The notes under the pieces are model-generated. The model had not been told where the DNA came from and did not search any database. It worked only from the letters and a program-made list of their open reading frames with translations. Below, in pieces: positions 1 through 8,938 of a DNA stretch of 64,000 bases. A program made the translations under genes and the position numbers. The stretch lies in assembly GCA_002717515.1 (NCBI GenBank), contig PBEC01000011.1, forward strand, positions 41,902-105,901, given 5' to 3'. This DNA is from Flavobacteriales bacterium. Its GTDB lineage: Bacteria; Bacteroidota; Bacteroidia; Flavobacteriales_C; GCA-002722245. The first letter of the stretch is position 1, and each line of letters starts with the position of its first letter.

Positions 1-495
1 GGCCTAGACACACCTAATTATATAGGAAGTTTACCTCAACAAAATAATTGGTGCACTACATGGACAGAATTTTATGTAACACAACGTCTTGAACCTCAAT
101 TAAAAAAGATTGTAGAAAAAGGTTTTTTAAAAGAGTTGGTAACCCAATTTGAAAAACTGTATCATCAACTCGATTCTTTGTTCCCAAAGGAACCTGCTTC
201 TCTTCTTCATGGCGACTTATGGAATGGTAATTTTATTTCTGGAGAAAACAATACTCCCTGGTTAATTGATCCTGCTATTTATTTCGGGCATAGAGAAATG
301 GACATAGGAATGACTATGCTTTTCGGAGGTTTTGATTCTATATTTTACAGTGCTTACAACTGTGAAAATCCCCTTGAAAAAAATTGGGAAGAAAGAGTTC
401 CTTTAACTCAACTTTATCCTCTTTTAGTTCATGTAAATCTTTTCGGAAACCAATATTCTGAACCCATTAAATCGATACTAAATCGATTTGTTTAG
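1..495 (+). CDS. fructosamine/ketosamine kinase family protein (3' portion; gene starts upstream of window)
   Basis: Frame 1 is open from nt 1 to the stop at 493-495 (translation GLDTPNYIGSLPQQNNW...). The C-terminal motif LLHGDLWNGN and the following segment are typical of the fructosamine-3-kinase (aminoglycoside-phosphotransferase-like) fold. There is no start codon in the window. Confidence 0.65.
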   Translation, partial: GLDTPNYIGSLPQQNNWCTTWTEFYVTQRLEPQLKKIVEKGFLKELVTQFEKLYHQLDSLFPKEPASLLHGDLWNGNFISGENNTPWLIDPAIYFGHREMDIGMTMLFGGFDSIFYSAYNCENPLEKNWEERVPLTQLYPLLVHVNLFGNQYSEPIKSILNRFV

Positions 496-577
496 CCGTC
501 TTCACACAACTAGAAATTTATTCTTATAATTTCATGATTTCGAAAAACAAACGAATCGTTTTATTATTTTAGTGTTG

Positions 578-2341
578 ATGCCAAATAAAATACTTCAAAT
601 AAAAAATCTTACAACAGAATTTACGGGAGACAACTCTTCCCTAAAGGCTGTTGATGGTGTCAGTTTTTCGATAGAAGAAGGAGAAATTGTTGGAGTTGTT
701 GGCGAATCCGGATCGGGAAAATCCGTAACAAGCTTGAGTGCAATGGGCTTAATTCCATCTCCACCTGGAAAAATCACTCAAGGAGAAATTCTTTTCACAA
801 AATGGGACGGCACAACCGTTGATACTACCCAACGAAAGGCAGACTCCTTGAGAAGCATTAGAGGAAATGAAATGAGTATGATTTTCCAAGAGCCAATGAC
901 ATCTTTAAACCCTGTTTTTAGTTGTGGAGACCAAGTGGCTGAAACTATTGTTTTACATCAAAAATTAAGCGGAGAAGAGGCAAAAACAAAAACTTTAGAA
1001 CTTTTTAAAAAAGTTGAACTACCCAGACCCGATATTATTTTTGATCAGTATCCACATCAATTATCAGGGGGACAAAAACAACGTGTTATGATTGCAATGG
1101 CAATCAGTTGCAACCCTAAACTGTTAATTGCCGATGAGCCAACTACGGCTCTTGATGTTACAGTACAAAAAACGATTTTAGAACTTCTCAAAAACTTGCA
1201 AAAAGAGACAAAAATGGGCATTCTTTTCATTACTCACGACTTGGGTGTTGTTGCTGAATTAGCACATAAGGTCGTTGTAATGTATAAAGGTAAAATCGTT
1301 GAACAAGGAAGTGTTTCAGATATTTTCAATAACCCAAAGCATCCATATACGAAAGGGTTAATTTCATGCAGACCTCCTTTAAACGTAAGATATTCAAAAC
1401 TACCCACTGTACCTGATTTTATGGAAACCGGAGAAAACGGGGAAATCAAGTCCAAATTAAACTCAATTTCAGAATACCTGTCTAATATAACCGTATCTAA
1501 AGACATTAGGAAAAAAGCACATGAAAAACTATATTTAAAAAGTCCGTTATTATCAGTATATAATTTAAAAACATATTTCCCAATAAATAAAAATTTTTTA
1601 GGAAAAACAACCTCATGGGTAAAAGCAGTTGACGACGTTTCCTTTGACGTTTTCCCTGGGGAAACACTCGGTTTAATCGGAGAAAGCGGATGTGGTAAAA
1701 CAACAACAGGAAGGTCAATCGTTCAATTAGTGCCCATCTCTTCCGGAAAAATCACCTATAAAGGACAAGATGTTTACAAGATGAATAAAAAAGAAATGAG
1801 CAGCTTCAGAAAAGATGTTCAGATAATTTTCCAAGATCCGTATTCATCATTAAACCCAAGACAAACTATAGGGAAGTCTATTGTAGAACCCATGGAAGTT
1901 CACAAACTTTACGCAACAGATAAAGAAAGAAAGCAACAGGCACTAAAAATTCTTACAAAAGTTGGGTTAAAAGAAAGCGATTTCAATAAATACCCTCATC
2001 AGTTTAGTGGAGGACAACGTCAGAGAGTATGTATAGCAAGAACGCTAGCCATGGAACCTAAATTCATTATTTGCGATGAAAGCGTTTCTGCTCTTGACGT
2101 CTCGGTACAAGCCCAAGTACTGAATCTACTAAACGACTTAAAAAAAGACTTTGGACTGACTTATATCTTCATATCTCACGATTTATCGGTGATAAAATAT
2201 ATGTGCGACCGAATGGTTGTTATGAATAAAAGAGGAAAAATTGAACGTTACGGAGAGTGCGATGAAATTTATGAGGATCCTCAAACGGAATACACAAAAA
2301 GTTTAATTGATGCTATTCCCAAAATAAATACAGCCGAATAG
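578..2341 (+). CDS. ABC transporter ATP-binding protein with two fused ATPase domains (Dpp/Opp/YejF-GsiA type)
   Basis: There are two Walker A motifs (GESGSGKS; GESGCGKTT), two ABC signatures (LSGGQKQRV; FSGGQRQRV) and two Walker B motifs (LLIADEPTTALD; FIICDESVSALD). Each half carries the oligopeptide-transporter C-terminal HPYT/EYT motif (NPKHPYTKGLI; EDPQTEYTKSLI). The first ATG is at 578; the ORF track starts at GTG 572. Confidence 0.85.
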   Translation: MPNKILQIKNLTTEFTGDNSSLKAVDGVSFSIEEGEIVGVVGESGSGKSVTSLSAMGLIPSPPGKITQGEILFTKWDGTTVDTTQRKADSLRSIRGNEMSMIFQEPMTSLNPVFSCGDQVAETIVLHQKLSGEEAKTKTLELFKKVELPRPDIIFDQYPHQLSGGQKQRVMIAMAISCNPKLLIADEPTTALDVTVQKTILELLKNLQKETKMGILFITHDLGVVAELAHKVVVMYKGKIVEQGSVSDIFNNPKHPYTKGLISCRPPLNVRYSKLPTVPDFMETGENGEIKSKLNSISEYLSNITVSKDIRKKAHEKLYLKSPLLSVYNLKTYFPINKNFLGKTTSWVKAVDDVSFDVFPGETLGLIGESGCGKTTTGRSIVQLVPISSGKITYKGQDVYKMNKKEMSSFRKDVQIIFQDPYSSLNPRQTIGKSIVEPMEVHKLYATDKERKQQALKILTKVGLKESDFNKYPHQFSGGQRQRVCIARTLAMEPKFIICDESVSALDVSVQAQVLNLLNDLKKDFGLTYIFISHDLSVIKYMCDRMVVMNKRGKIERYGECDEIYEDPQTEYTKSLIDAIPKINTAE

Positions 2342-2345
2342 TAAT

Positions 2346-4190
2346 CTAATTCAGTTCTTGCAGAGTACATAGACTGTAATAGTGTCCTTTCCTATCATAC
2401 AATTCATTATGTGAACCTTGTTCAATAATCTCACCTTCATCCATTACAACAATTTGATCCGCATTTTTTATTGTACTTAAACGATGAGCTATAACCAGGG
2501 CTGTTCTGCCGTTCATAACTTTTTGTAATGCTTCTTGAACCAGTTTTTCTGATTGCGTATCCAGGGCTGAAGTTGCTTCATCTAAAATCAAAAGTGGCGG
2601 ATTATGAAGTATAGCTCTGGCAATACATAACCGTTGACGCTGCCCTCCACTTAATTTACCTCCTCCCTCACCAATGATTGTATCTATACCGTTGTCCAGT
2701 TGCATCACAAATTCTTTGGCGTTAGCAACAGACAAGGCTTCAAAAAGCTGAGTTTCTGACAAGCCCTCTGTCCCAAGTGACAAGTTGTTTCGAACAGAAT
2801 CATTAAACAAAATAGAATCTTGGGTTACTATTCCTGTTAATTTCCTAAGGGACTGAACATTCACCTCGTTTATATTTTGATTATCAATAAATATCGCACC
2901 GTCCGATACACTATAAAATCGGGGAACTAAATCTGCCAACGTTGATTTTCCACTTCCGGAATGCCCAACCAATGCAATGGTCTTACCTTTTGGTATGACC
3001 AGGTTAACTCCTTTTATAACTTCCTCATTTTCATACTTAAAACGGACATTTTTAAGCTTTATTTCTTTACTAAAATCACTTATGAGAACTCCTCCTTTTG
3101 TTTCATTTTTTTCGTCTGCTTTCAAAATATCATCCAAACGATCCATAGAAACCATGGAAACCTGAAGTGTATTTATTGCCCCTATTATGGCTTTTACAGG
3201 AGACAATAATCCCCACATATACATTAAAAATGTAACCAATGTAGCCCCTCTTAAGCCATCATTGTCGTCAAAAACGATATTTCCTCCAATCCACATAACA
3301 ACAGCGAATACAGAAATCCCTACTGTTTCACTTATGGGGGATGATGCAGAACTTTTTCTTATTTGCCGATTCCTTAAATCGTAAAATCGTTTGTTGTACT
3401 TTTTGAAAGATTCAATAAATTTCAATTCTGCAGCAAATCCTTTAATTAATTTGATTGCCGTAAGACTTTCTTCAACCACAGAGAGCACCCTGCCAAGTTG
3501 CCCCTGAGCTTTCTTTGATGTCCTTTTTAAACCTTTTCCAATTATAGATACAAACAGCGCAGACAAGGGTAATAAAAGCAGAACAACAAGGGTAAGCTTC
3601 GGGCTAATAAAAAACAAACCCCCTAAAAATATGATGACCTGAATAGGCTCTCTAAGAAAGCGTTGTAAGGCTATCATCCCTGATTCAACCTGCATTACAT
3701 CGTTGGACATTTTACTCATTAAATCGCCTTTTCTTTCATCGGTATAATAAGAAACAGGCAAGTTGAGCATCTTTTTATATACGTCGTTCCTCAGATTCGC
3801 TATTATTCCATTTCGAACAGGGGCAAGGAAAAATGTAGCCAGATATAAAAACAAATTTTTAAGAAAAAATGAAATCGCTATGAATAGACAAACTATAAAT
3901 AAAGTTTTTTTCTTCCCCTCAATGAATGAAGAAGCTTCAGAGATTGAATTAGCAAACCAATGATTCACTTCATATTCTAAATATTTTCTGGAAAAACCCT
4001 CATGAGGATTAGGCTGTAAAAATTTCAAAATAGAATCATTATCCGTCTTAAACAAAAGCTCTATCAATGGCATCATACTGCTGATCCCAATTAATGTAAA
4101 AGCTACTCCGATTAAATTAAAAACTACATTTAGAGTGAAATACCCCTTGTAATCGGCCAGGTATTTAAGAAGCAACCTCAATCTTCCCAT
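2346..4190 (-). CDS. ABC exporter with fused permease and ATPase (MsbA/lipid-A-exporter-like)
   Basis: The N-terminal half is about 300 aa with multiple hydrophobic TM segments. The C-terminal nucleotide-binding domain has Walker A GHSGSGKST, signature LSGGQRQRLCIARAIL and Walker B LLILDEATSALD. Confidence 0.85.
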   Translation of the reverse strand: MGRLRLLLKYLADYKGYFTLNVVFNLIGVAFTLIGISSMMPLIELLFKTDNDSILKFLQPNPHEGFSRKYLEYEVNHWFANSISEASSFIEGKKKTLFIVCLFIAISFFLKNLFLYLATFFLAPVRNGIIANLRNDVYKKMLNLPVSYYTDERKGDLMSKMSNDVMQVESGMIALQRFLREPIQVIIFLGGLFFISPKLTLVVLLLLPLSALFVSIIGKGLKRTSKKAQGQLGRVLSVVEESLTAIKLIKGFAAELKFIESFKKYNKRFYDLRNRQIRKSSASSPISETVGISVFAVVMWIGGNIVFDDNDGLRGATLVTFLMYMWGLLSPVKAIIGAINTLQVSMVSMDRLDDILKADEKNETKGGVLISDFSKEIKLKNVRFKYENEEVIKGVNLVIPKGKTIALVGHSGSGKSTLADLVPRFYSVSDGAIFIDNQNINEVNVQSLRKLTGIVTQDSILFNDSVRNNLSLGTEGLSETQLFEALSVANAKEFVMQLDNGIDTIIGEGGGKLSGGQRQRLCIARAILHNPPLLILDEATSALDTQSEKLVQEALQKVMNGRTALVIAHRLSTIKNADQIVVMDEGEIIEQGSHNELYDRKGHYYSLCTLQELN

Positions 4191-4310
4191 TAAACAAAGG
4201 TAATCTTTTTCATTTTCAGAGCATAAATGCGCTTGAGTTATCTGAGGGTTAAAATAAGTTAAGTTTTTAAATAATGTTACCTTTGTTTGACCAGAACTAA
4301 TTTTAGCAGG

Positions 4311-5255
4311 ATGAAGAATTTTTTTTCAGTAAAAGATGTAGAAAATATAAACGACCTTTTATCAAAAGCACTGAAGGTGAAAGCAAATCCATTAGCCAAT
4401 CAAAACTTGGGCAAAAACAAAACTTTAGGTTTGATTTTTTACAACTCAAGCTTGAGAACGAGAATTTCATCACAAAAAGCCGCTTACAACTTAGGAATGG
4501 ACGTCATTGTTTTGAATATTGGAAATGATGGATGGCAATTAGAATCTAAAGATGGTGTAGTAATGGATCAAGGAGCTGCTGAGCATATAAAAGAAGCTGC
4601 TGCAGTAATTAGCGAGTATGTAGATGTGATTGGCATTAGATGTTTTGCTGGTTTAGAGGACAGAAAACTTGACTACAGCGAGGAAGTTCTTCAAAATTTT
4701 ATCAAATACGCAACGGTACCGATTATTAATTTAGAATCGAGTACGCTTCACCCTCTTCAATCTTTAGCGGACTTAGTAACTATTGAATCAAATAAAAAAA
4801 AGGTCCGCCCAAAAGTAGTTCTTACATGGGCTCCTCACCCTCGTGCCTTACCACAAGCCGTAGCCAACTCATTTGTTGAATGGATGAAAGAAGCAGACGT
4901 CGATTTAGTGATTACCCATCCAAAGGGTTATGATTTGGCACCTCAATTTGTGAATGGGGTAACCGTAGAACATAATCAGAAAAAGGCGTTTGAAAAAGCT
5001 GATTTTATTTACGCTAAAAACTGGAGCTCATACACGGAATACGGAAAGATATTAAGCACGGATCAATCATGGACTGTTAATCAAGATAAAATGTCTGTGA
5101 CAAATAGTGCAAAATTCATGCATTGTCTGCCCGTTCGAAGAAATGTTGTAGTAAGCGATGAAGTTATCGACTCTGAAAACTCAATTGTCGTTGAGCAGGC
5201 TGGAAATCGAGTGGTTTCTATTCAAACTGTTTTGCAGGAATTTCTTAAAAAGTAA
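4311..5255 (+). CDS. argF': N-acyl-L-ornithine carbamoyltransferase (acetyl- or succinyl-ornithine type, Bacteroidetes ArgF')
   Basis: The protein has the transcarbamylase fold, with an STRTR-like motif (SLRTRIS) and an HCLP motif (FMHCLPVRRNVVV). A start at ATG 4311 gives MKNFFSVKDV, typical of this family. The ORF track begins at an in-frame TTG at 4287. It lies adjacent to argB. Confidence 0.75.
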   Translation: MKNFFSVKDVENINDLLSKALKVKANPLANQNLGKNKTLGLIFYNSSLRTRISSQKAAYNLGMDVIVLNIGNDGWQLESKDGVVMDQGAAEHIKEAAAVISEYVDVIGIRCFAGLEDRKLDYSEEVLQNFIKYATVPIINLESSTLHPLQSLADLVTIESNKKKVRPKVVLTWAPHPRALPQAVANSFVEWMKEADVDLVITHPKGYDLAPQFVNGVTVEHNQKKAFEKADFIYAKNWSSYTEYGKILSTDQSWTVNQDKMSVTNSAKFMHCLPVRRNVVVSDEVIDSENSIVVEQAGNRVVSIQTVLQEFLKK

Positions 5256-5258
5256 ACC

Positions 5259-6023
5259 ATGATTAAAGTAATAAAAGTAGGTGGTGGCATTATCGAGAAA
5301 GAAGAAAATTTAAACCTCTTTTTGGATTCTTTCTCAAAAATTAAAGGTCCCAAAATTTTAGTTCACGGAGGAGGAAGGCTAGCTACAAAAATGGCTGCTC
5401 AGCTTGGATATAAGTCAAAAATGATTGAAGGAAGACGTGTTACAGATGAAAAAATGCTCGATGTTGTCACTATGGTTTATGGAGGATTAACCAACAAAAA
5501 AATTGTAGCGTCCCTGCAAGCTAAAGGAACAAATGCATTAGGTTTAAGTGGTGCAGATGGAAATACGGTTTTAGCCCACAAGCGACCCGTTAAAAAAATT
5601 GACTACGGATGGGTTGGTGATATTGACACTATTAATTCTGAACTGCTTATAAGCCTTATTAAAAACAACACTGTTCCCGTAATCGCTCCTCTCTCCCATG
5701 ACGGAAAGGGAAACATCCTCAATACAAACGCAGATACTATGGCCAGTGAGATAGCCAAGGAATTAGCTCAAAAAGAGGAAACTCAATTGATTCTTGGATT
5801 TGAGTTAAATGGTGTACTAAAAGATATTAATGACAAGTCAAGTGCCATTAAAAAAATTACACCTGATTTATTTAAGACACTAAAATCTGAAGGAATAATT
5901 TCTGAAGGAATGATTCCTAAATTGTCCAATGCATTTGATGCCGTAAATGCCGGAGTTTCCTCTGTGATCATTTGTGACGCATTGAGAATTGGAGAAAATG
6001 AGGGTACAATAATTTCTAAATAA
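5259..6023 (+). CDS. argB: acetylglutamate kinase
   Basis: Amino-acid-kinase family protein with an N-terminal MIKVIKVGGG nucleotide-binding motif and a size (254 aa) typical of ArgB. It sits 3 bp downstream of argF'. Confidence 0.75.
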   Translation: MIKVIKVGGGIIEKEENLNLFLDSFSKIKGPKILVHGGGRLATKMAAQLGYKSKMIEGRRVTDEKMLDVVTMVYGGLTNKKIVASLQAKGTNALGLSGADGNTVLAHKRPVKKIDYGWVGDIDTINSELLISLIKNNTVPVIAPLSHDGKGNILNTNADTMASEIAKELAQKEETQLILGFELNGVLKDINDKSSAIKKITPDLFKTLKSEGIISEGMIPKLSNAFDAVNAGVSSVIICDALRIGENEGTIISK

Positions 6024-6064
6024 AATCAGCACCCGAAAGTCCTTTTTCGTGTGGAAATATAAAT

Positions 6065-8011
6065 TTATTCAGCTTGCTTACTGTAAAAAGCATTCATACA
6101 CAACACATGCGGAAAACTCACACAAGAAAGAAAAACAAAAAAATAAGCTATATTTTCTTTGACACCAGACTCAATATTTACAAAAAAGAAACAAAACAAA
6201 GCTATGGCGCCTAAATTAAACGGCAACGCTTTCTTAAACATATAAGAATGAGACACTTGAAGCTTTCTTTTAAGGTGATGCCACCCGATTCTGCTGTGGT
6301 GCAAAACAAAATATATTCCAAACGAAAAGATCAAGTTTGTATATTGAGATAACAATAGAAAAACCACCACTAAAAACCACTCGAATCTTCGAAAAATAAG
6401 AGGGAAAATAAACCCTAAAACAATTATCAAATACCTTAATCCTCTTATTCCTTGAAAATTCTCAAAAGGTGGAATTTTCAAAGCGGAAAGTATGATGTTA
6501 AATTCATTAAGATGAGTTATAAAAAGATAAGAAAGTAATATCGCTCCCCATATAAAACCAATAGCTTTTGATTCGACCCCCCATTGTTTTGCATCCGTTT
6601 GTCCAAAATGCCACGCTGAATACAAAAGAAAAACAATTAATGCTAATGAAGGCTGCCACAACCAAATCAAAAAAATTGGAATCATTAACGCTAAATATCG
6701 AGCAACAAATTTAATTGTGATTTTTTTTCCTTTGTCAATTGCTTCTGTAAAATGATCTAATGCTCCATGAGGGATTCCAATAACTATAAGACCTAAGGCT
6801 AATAAGAGTATTTGATAAGGAGCAATGCTTAAATCACTATACCCCTGAATACTGGAAGGCAAAAAAACACATAAAATCATTGCGCCAGAAAAGATGTGTT
6901 TTTTTCCTTTCCAAAGAATCCAAAAAAATACCGATTTTAGAAAAATACCAATTTGTAATTTTAAAAACATTTTAAGTTCACCAAAAAATTTAGTTTTCTC
7001 ATCCAGAAAGTTTAAAACAAAAACAGGGCTGTTTGTTTTAAACAAACGCTCAAAAATAAAACGTCCTTTTTCTGGCCAACGAGTAAGAATAATCAACAGC
7101 AGTTGATCATAGAAAAGAAACCGATTTTTTTTTGAAAGACTTTTATTCTTAAACGAAACTGAATTACATATCAGCCTTGATTGATCGTACATATTTTTAA
7201 AAGCATAACCCGTACTAGGCTTAACATTTCCTCCTCGAGTACCAATGTTTATAACGTTTGCTTTAGTATTTCCTCTTGGCGAAACAGGGGTCATGGGGAT
7301 AATCCCTCTTTCTTTTCCAACAACTGTATATTCTCCAAAATTACATTCAATGAATTTATTGAGTATGTTCTCAGCTTCATTAATTTGCAAAATATCCTTT
7401 CCAAACCTTGTGAGTTCAATTAAAGCAGTATCCTTACTATAGGGTAGAATATATACAAACTGAGTAGCTTTGGCTTGACTCACTCTAAAATCCATCATTC
7501 TGTAAACTCTATCCTCAAAACTCCTTCTTTTGAGTTTAATTTTTAAACCATAAAACGATTGAGAGATGGAATATTTTTTCTGAAAAGGCTCCCGTATTTT
7601 TTTAGGTCTACTGTCGAAAACGTAGTGTCCAAAATACTCTTTTTGATCCGTTTTAACGGATAAGCACACTTGATTTTCAACGCTTAAAACAAGTGTTTTT
7701 ATACAACTAAAATCGTATTTTGAAATTATTTCACGTGAGTAATCATATAAATCAATACTTTTTATGTGAAAATATTTTAAAGGATCTATGAGCTTAGGAC
7801 ATCCGTTGTTAATTTGTATTTTGTCCCAACTCGTTGAAATCAGTTTTGAGTAGTCTTGACATATCTCTTCATCTTCTTTTGCCCAAAAGCAAAATGTTTT
7901 ATCGTTTTCTTTTTTGTCATCCGGATCTATCAAAAGGATTTTCTTCCCTTCAAGAATTCGATTTTTATGCATTTCAGCAATGAGAACACACGTGCTTGCT
8001 CCCCAACCCAC
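6065..8011 (-). CDS. fusion protein: FAD-dependent lycopene beta-cyclase (CrtY family) + Brp/Blh-family beta-carotene 15,15'-dioxygenase
   Basis: The N-terminal ~380 aa resemble bacterial CrtY (motifs KILLIDPD, TFCFWAKED, GIIPMTP, STGYAFKN). The C-terminal ~270 aa form a polytopic membrane domain with four spaced His motifs (GIPHGALDHF, SAWHFGQTD, FVLHHS, WHHLKRK) as in Brp/Blh. It is a single uninterrupted 648-codon ORF. The annotated GTG start at 8011 falls inside the Rossmann strand; see findings. Confidence 0.7.
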   Translation of the reverse strand: MGWGASTCVLIAEMHKNRILEGKKILLIDPDDKKENDKTFCFWAKEDEEICQDYSKLISTSWDKIQINNGCPKLIDPLKYFHIKSIDLYDYSREIISKYDFSCIKTLVLSVENQVCLSVKTDQKEYFGHYVFDSRPKKIREPFQKKYSISQSFYGLKIKLKRRSFEDRVYRMMDFRVSQAKATQFVYILPYSKDTALIELTRFGKDILQINEAENILNKFIECNFGEYTVVGKERGIIPMTPVSPRGNTKANVINIGTRGGNVKPSTGYAFKNMYDQSRLICNSVSFKNKSLSKKNRFLFYDQLLLIILTRWPEKGRFIFERLFKTNSPVFVLNFLDEKTKFFGELKMFLKLQIGIFLKSVFFWILWKGKKHIFSGAMILCVFLPSSIQGYSDLSIAPYQILLLALGLIVIGIPHGALDHFTEAIDKGKKITIKFVARYLALMIPIFLIWLWQPSLALIVFLLYSAWHFGQTDAKQWGVESKAIGFIWGAILLSYLFITHLNEFNIILSALKIPPFENFQGIRGLRYLIIVLGFIFPLIFRRFEWFLVVVFLLLSQYTNLIFSFGIYFVLHHSRIGWHHLKRKLQVSHSYMFKKALPFNLGAIALFCFFFVNIESGVKENIAYFFVFLSCVSFPHVLCMNAFYSKQAE

Positions 8012-8126
8012 AAATATGATATCGAATTGATTTTTTTTAATCGTAAAACCTCTTTTATAGAAATTTACTTAGAGGGTATTGATTTAGTTTCAAAAAGAAA
8101 TGTTAATGACCTTAGTCAAAATGCTT

Positions 8127-8714
8127 TTATGAGTTGGAGGGATCAAAAAGTTCTTTTTCAACAATTTGACAAATCACATGACCAATAAGAATATGAACTT
8201 CTTGAATTCTAGGTGTATCGCCGGAAGGAACAGCAATAAGAAAATCCGCATAATCTCTCATCTTTCCTCCTCCTTCTCCTGTAAACGCGACTGTTTTCAT
8301 TCCTATCTCTCTAGCCTTTTTCATCGCCATTAAAACATTTTCAGAATTGCCTGAAGTAGAAATGCCAACAAAAACATCTCCTTCTTCACCCTGAGCCTGA
8401 ATCATTCGCTCATATACAACGTCAAAAGAATAATCATTAGCGACCGCTGTAACAAATGAGCCATTTACGTGTAAAGCTTCAGAATCTAATGGGGGGCGAT
8501 CAAAGTAAAACTTCCCACTTAACTCGGCGGAAATGTGCTGAGCATCAGCTGCACTGCCACCATTTCCGCAAAATCTTGTTTTATTGCCCTTTTTATATGC
8601 TGAAACAATCTCATTAGCGACTGCCAAAACAGTTGACTTTAGTTTTTCTGTACCTAAAACCTTTTGTTTAAGGGCTATACTTTCAGCAAAAGAAGATTCA
8701 AAAATGTTTTCCAT
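8127..8714 (-). CDS. gmhA: D-sedoheptulose-7-phosphate isomerase (phosphoheptose isomerase)
   Basis: SIS domain with near-identical matches to the E. coli GmhA motifs CGNGGSAADAQH, GISTSGNS and IQEVHILIGH. ATG start at 8714-8712. Confidence 0.85.
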   Translation of the reverse strand: MENIFESSFAESIALKQKVLGTEKLKSTVLAVANEIVSAYKKGNKTRFCGNGGSAADAQHISAELSGKFYFDRPPLDSEALHVNGSFVTAVANDYSFDVVYERMIQAQGEEGDVFVGISTSGNSENVLMAMKKAREIGMKTVAFTGEGGGKMRDYADFLIAVPSGDTPRIQEVHILIGHVICQIVEKELFDPSNS

Positions 8715-8938
8715 CAGTCGTAAATGTACCCATTAACATTAAAATTTCAAACTTATAATTCTCTGTGTAATTTTAAATTCAAAAAAAACAAACCTGTCAT
8801 TTGGAATTACCTTTGTTTCATTTTGACAGGCACAACACTTCAATTAAAACCCTTAACTCCTTATAGTTTAGGTGTTTCGAAAAACCATCGGATTTTATTA
8901 TATAAATATTAATGTTATTTTTGCTCAAAAATATTTGA

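Noticed and set aside
595-4000. Numerous 60-100-aa ORFs in the six-frame track lying antisense to or inside long CDSs (for example 595-777, 1234-1506, 1506-1718, 2961-3209, 2977-3165, 3187-3384, 3763-3963). Similar ones recur throughout the window.
   Set aside because: They are fully embedded in well-supported longer genes on the other strand or frame, and they have low-complexity or AT-codon-driven translations. This is expected by chance in an AT-rich genome, and there is no independent evidence for them.
8724-8912. 62-aa ORF in the gmhA/wza divergent intergenic region
   Set aside because: It lies in an AT-rich promoter region with no signal of a real protein. The region is more likely to hold the divergent promoters. 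A TATTTTTG -7-like element at 8916-8923 is noted there, but its spacing to the wza ATG is short, so I have not listed it as a feature.
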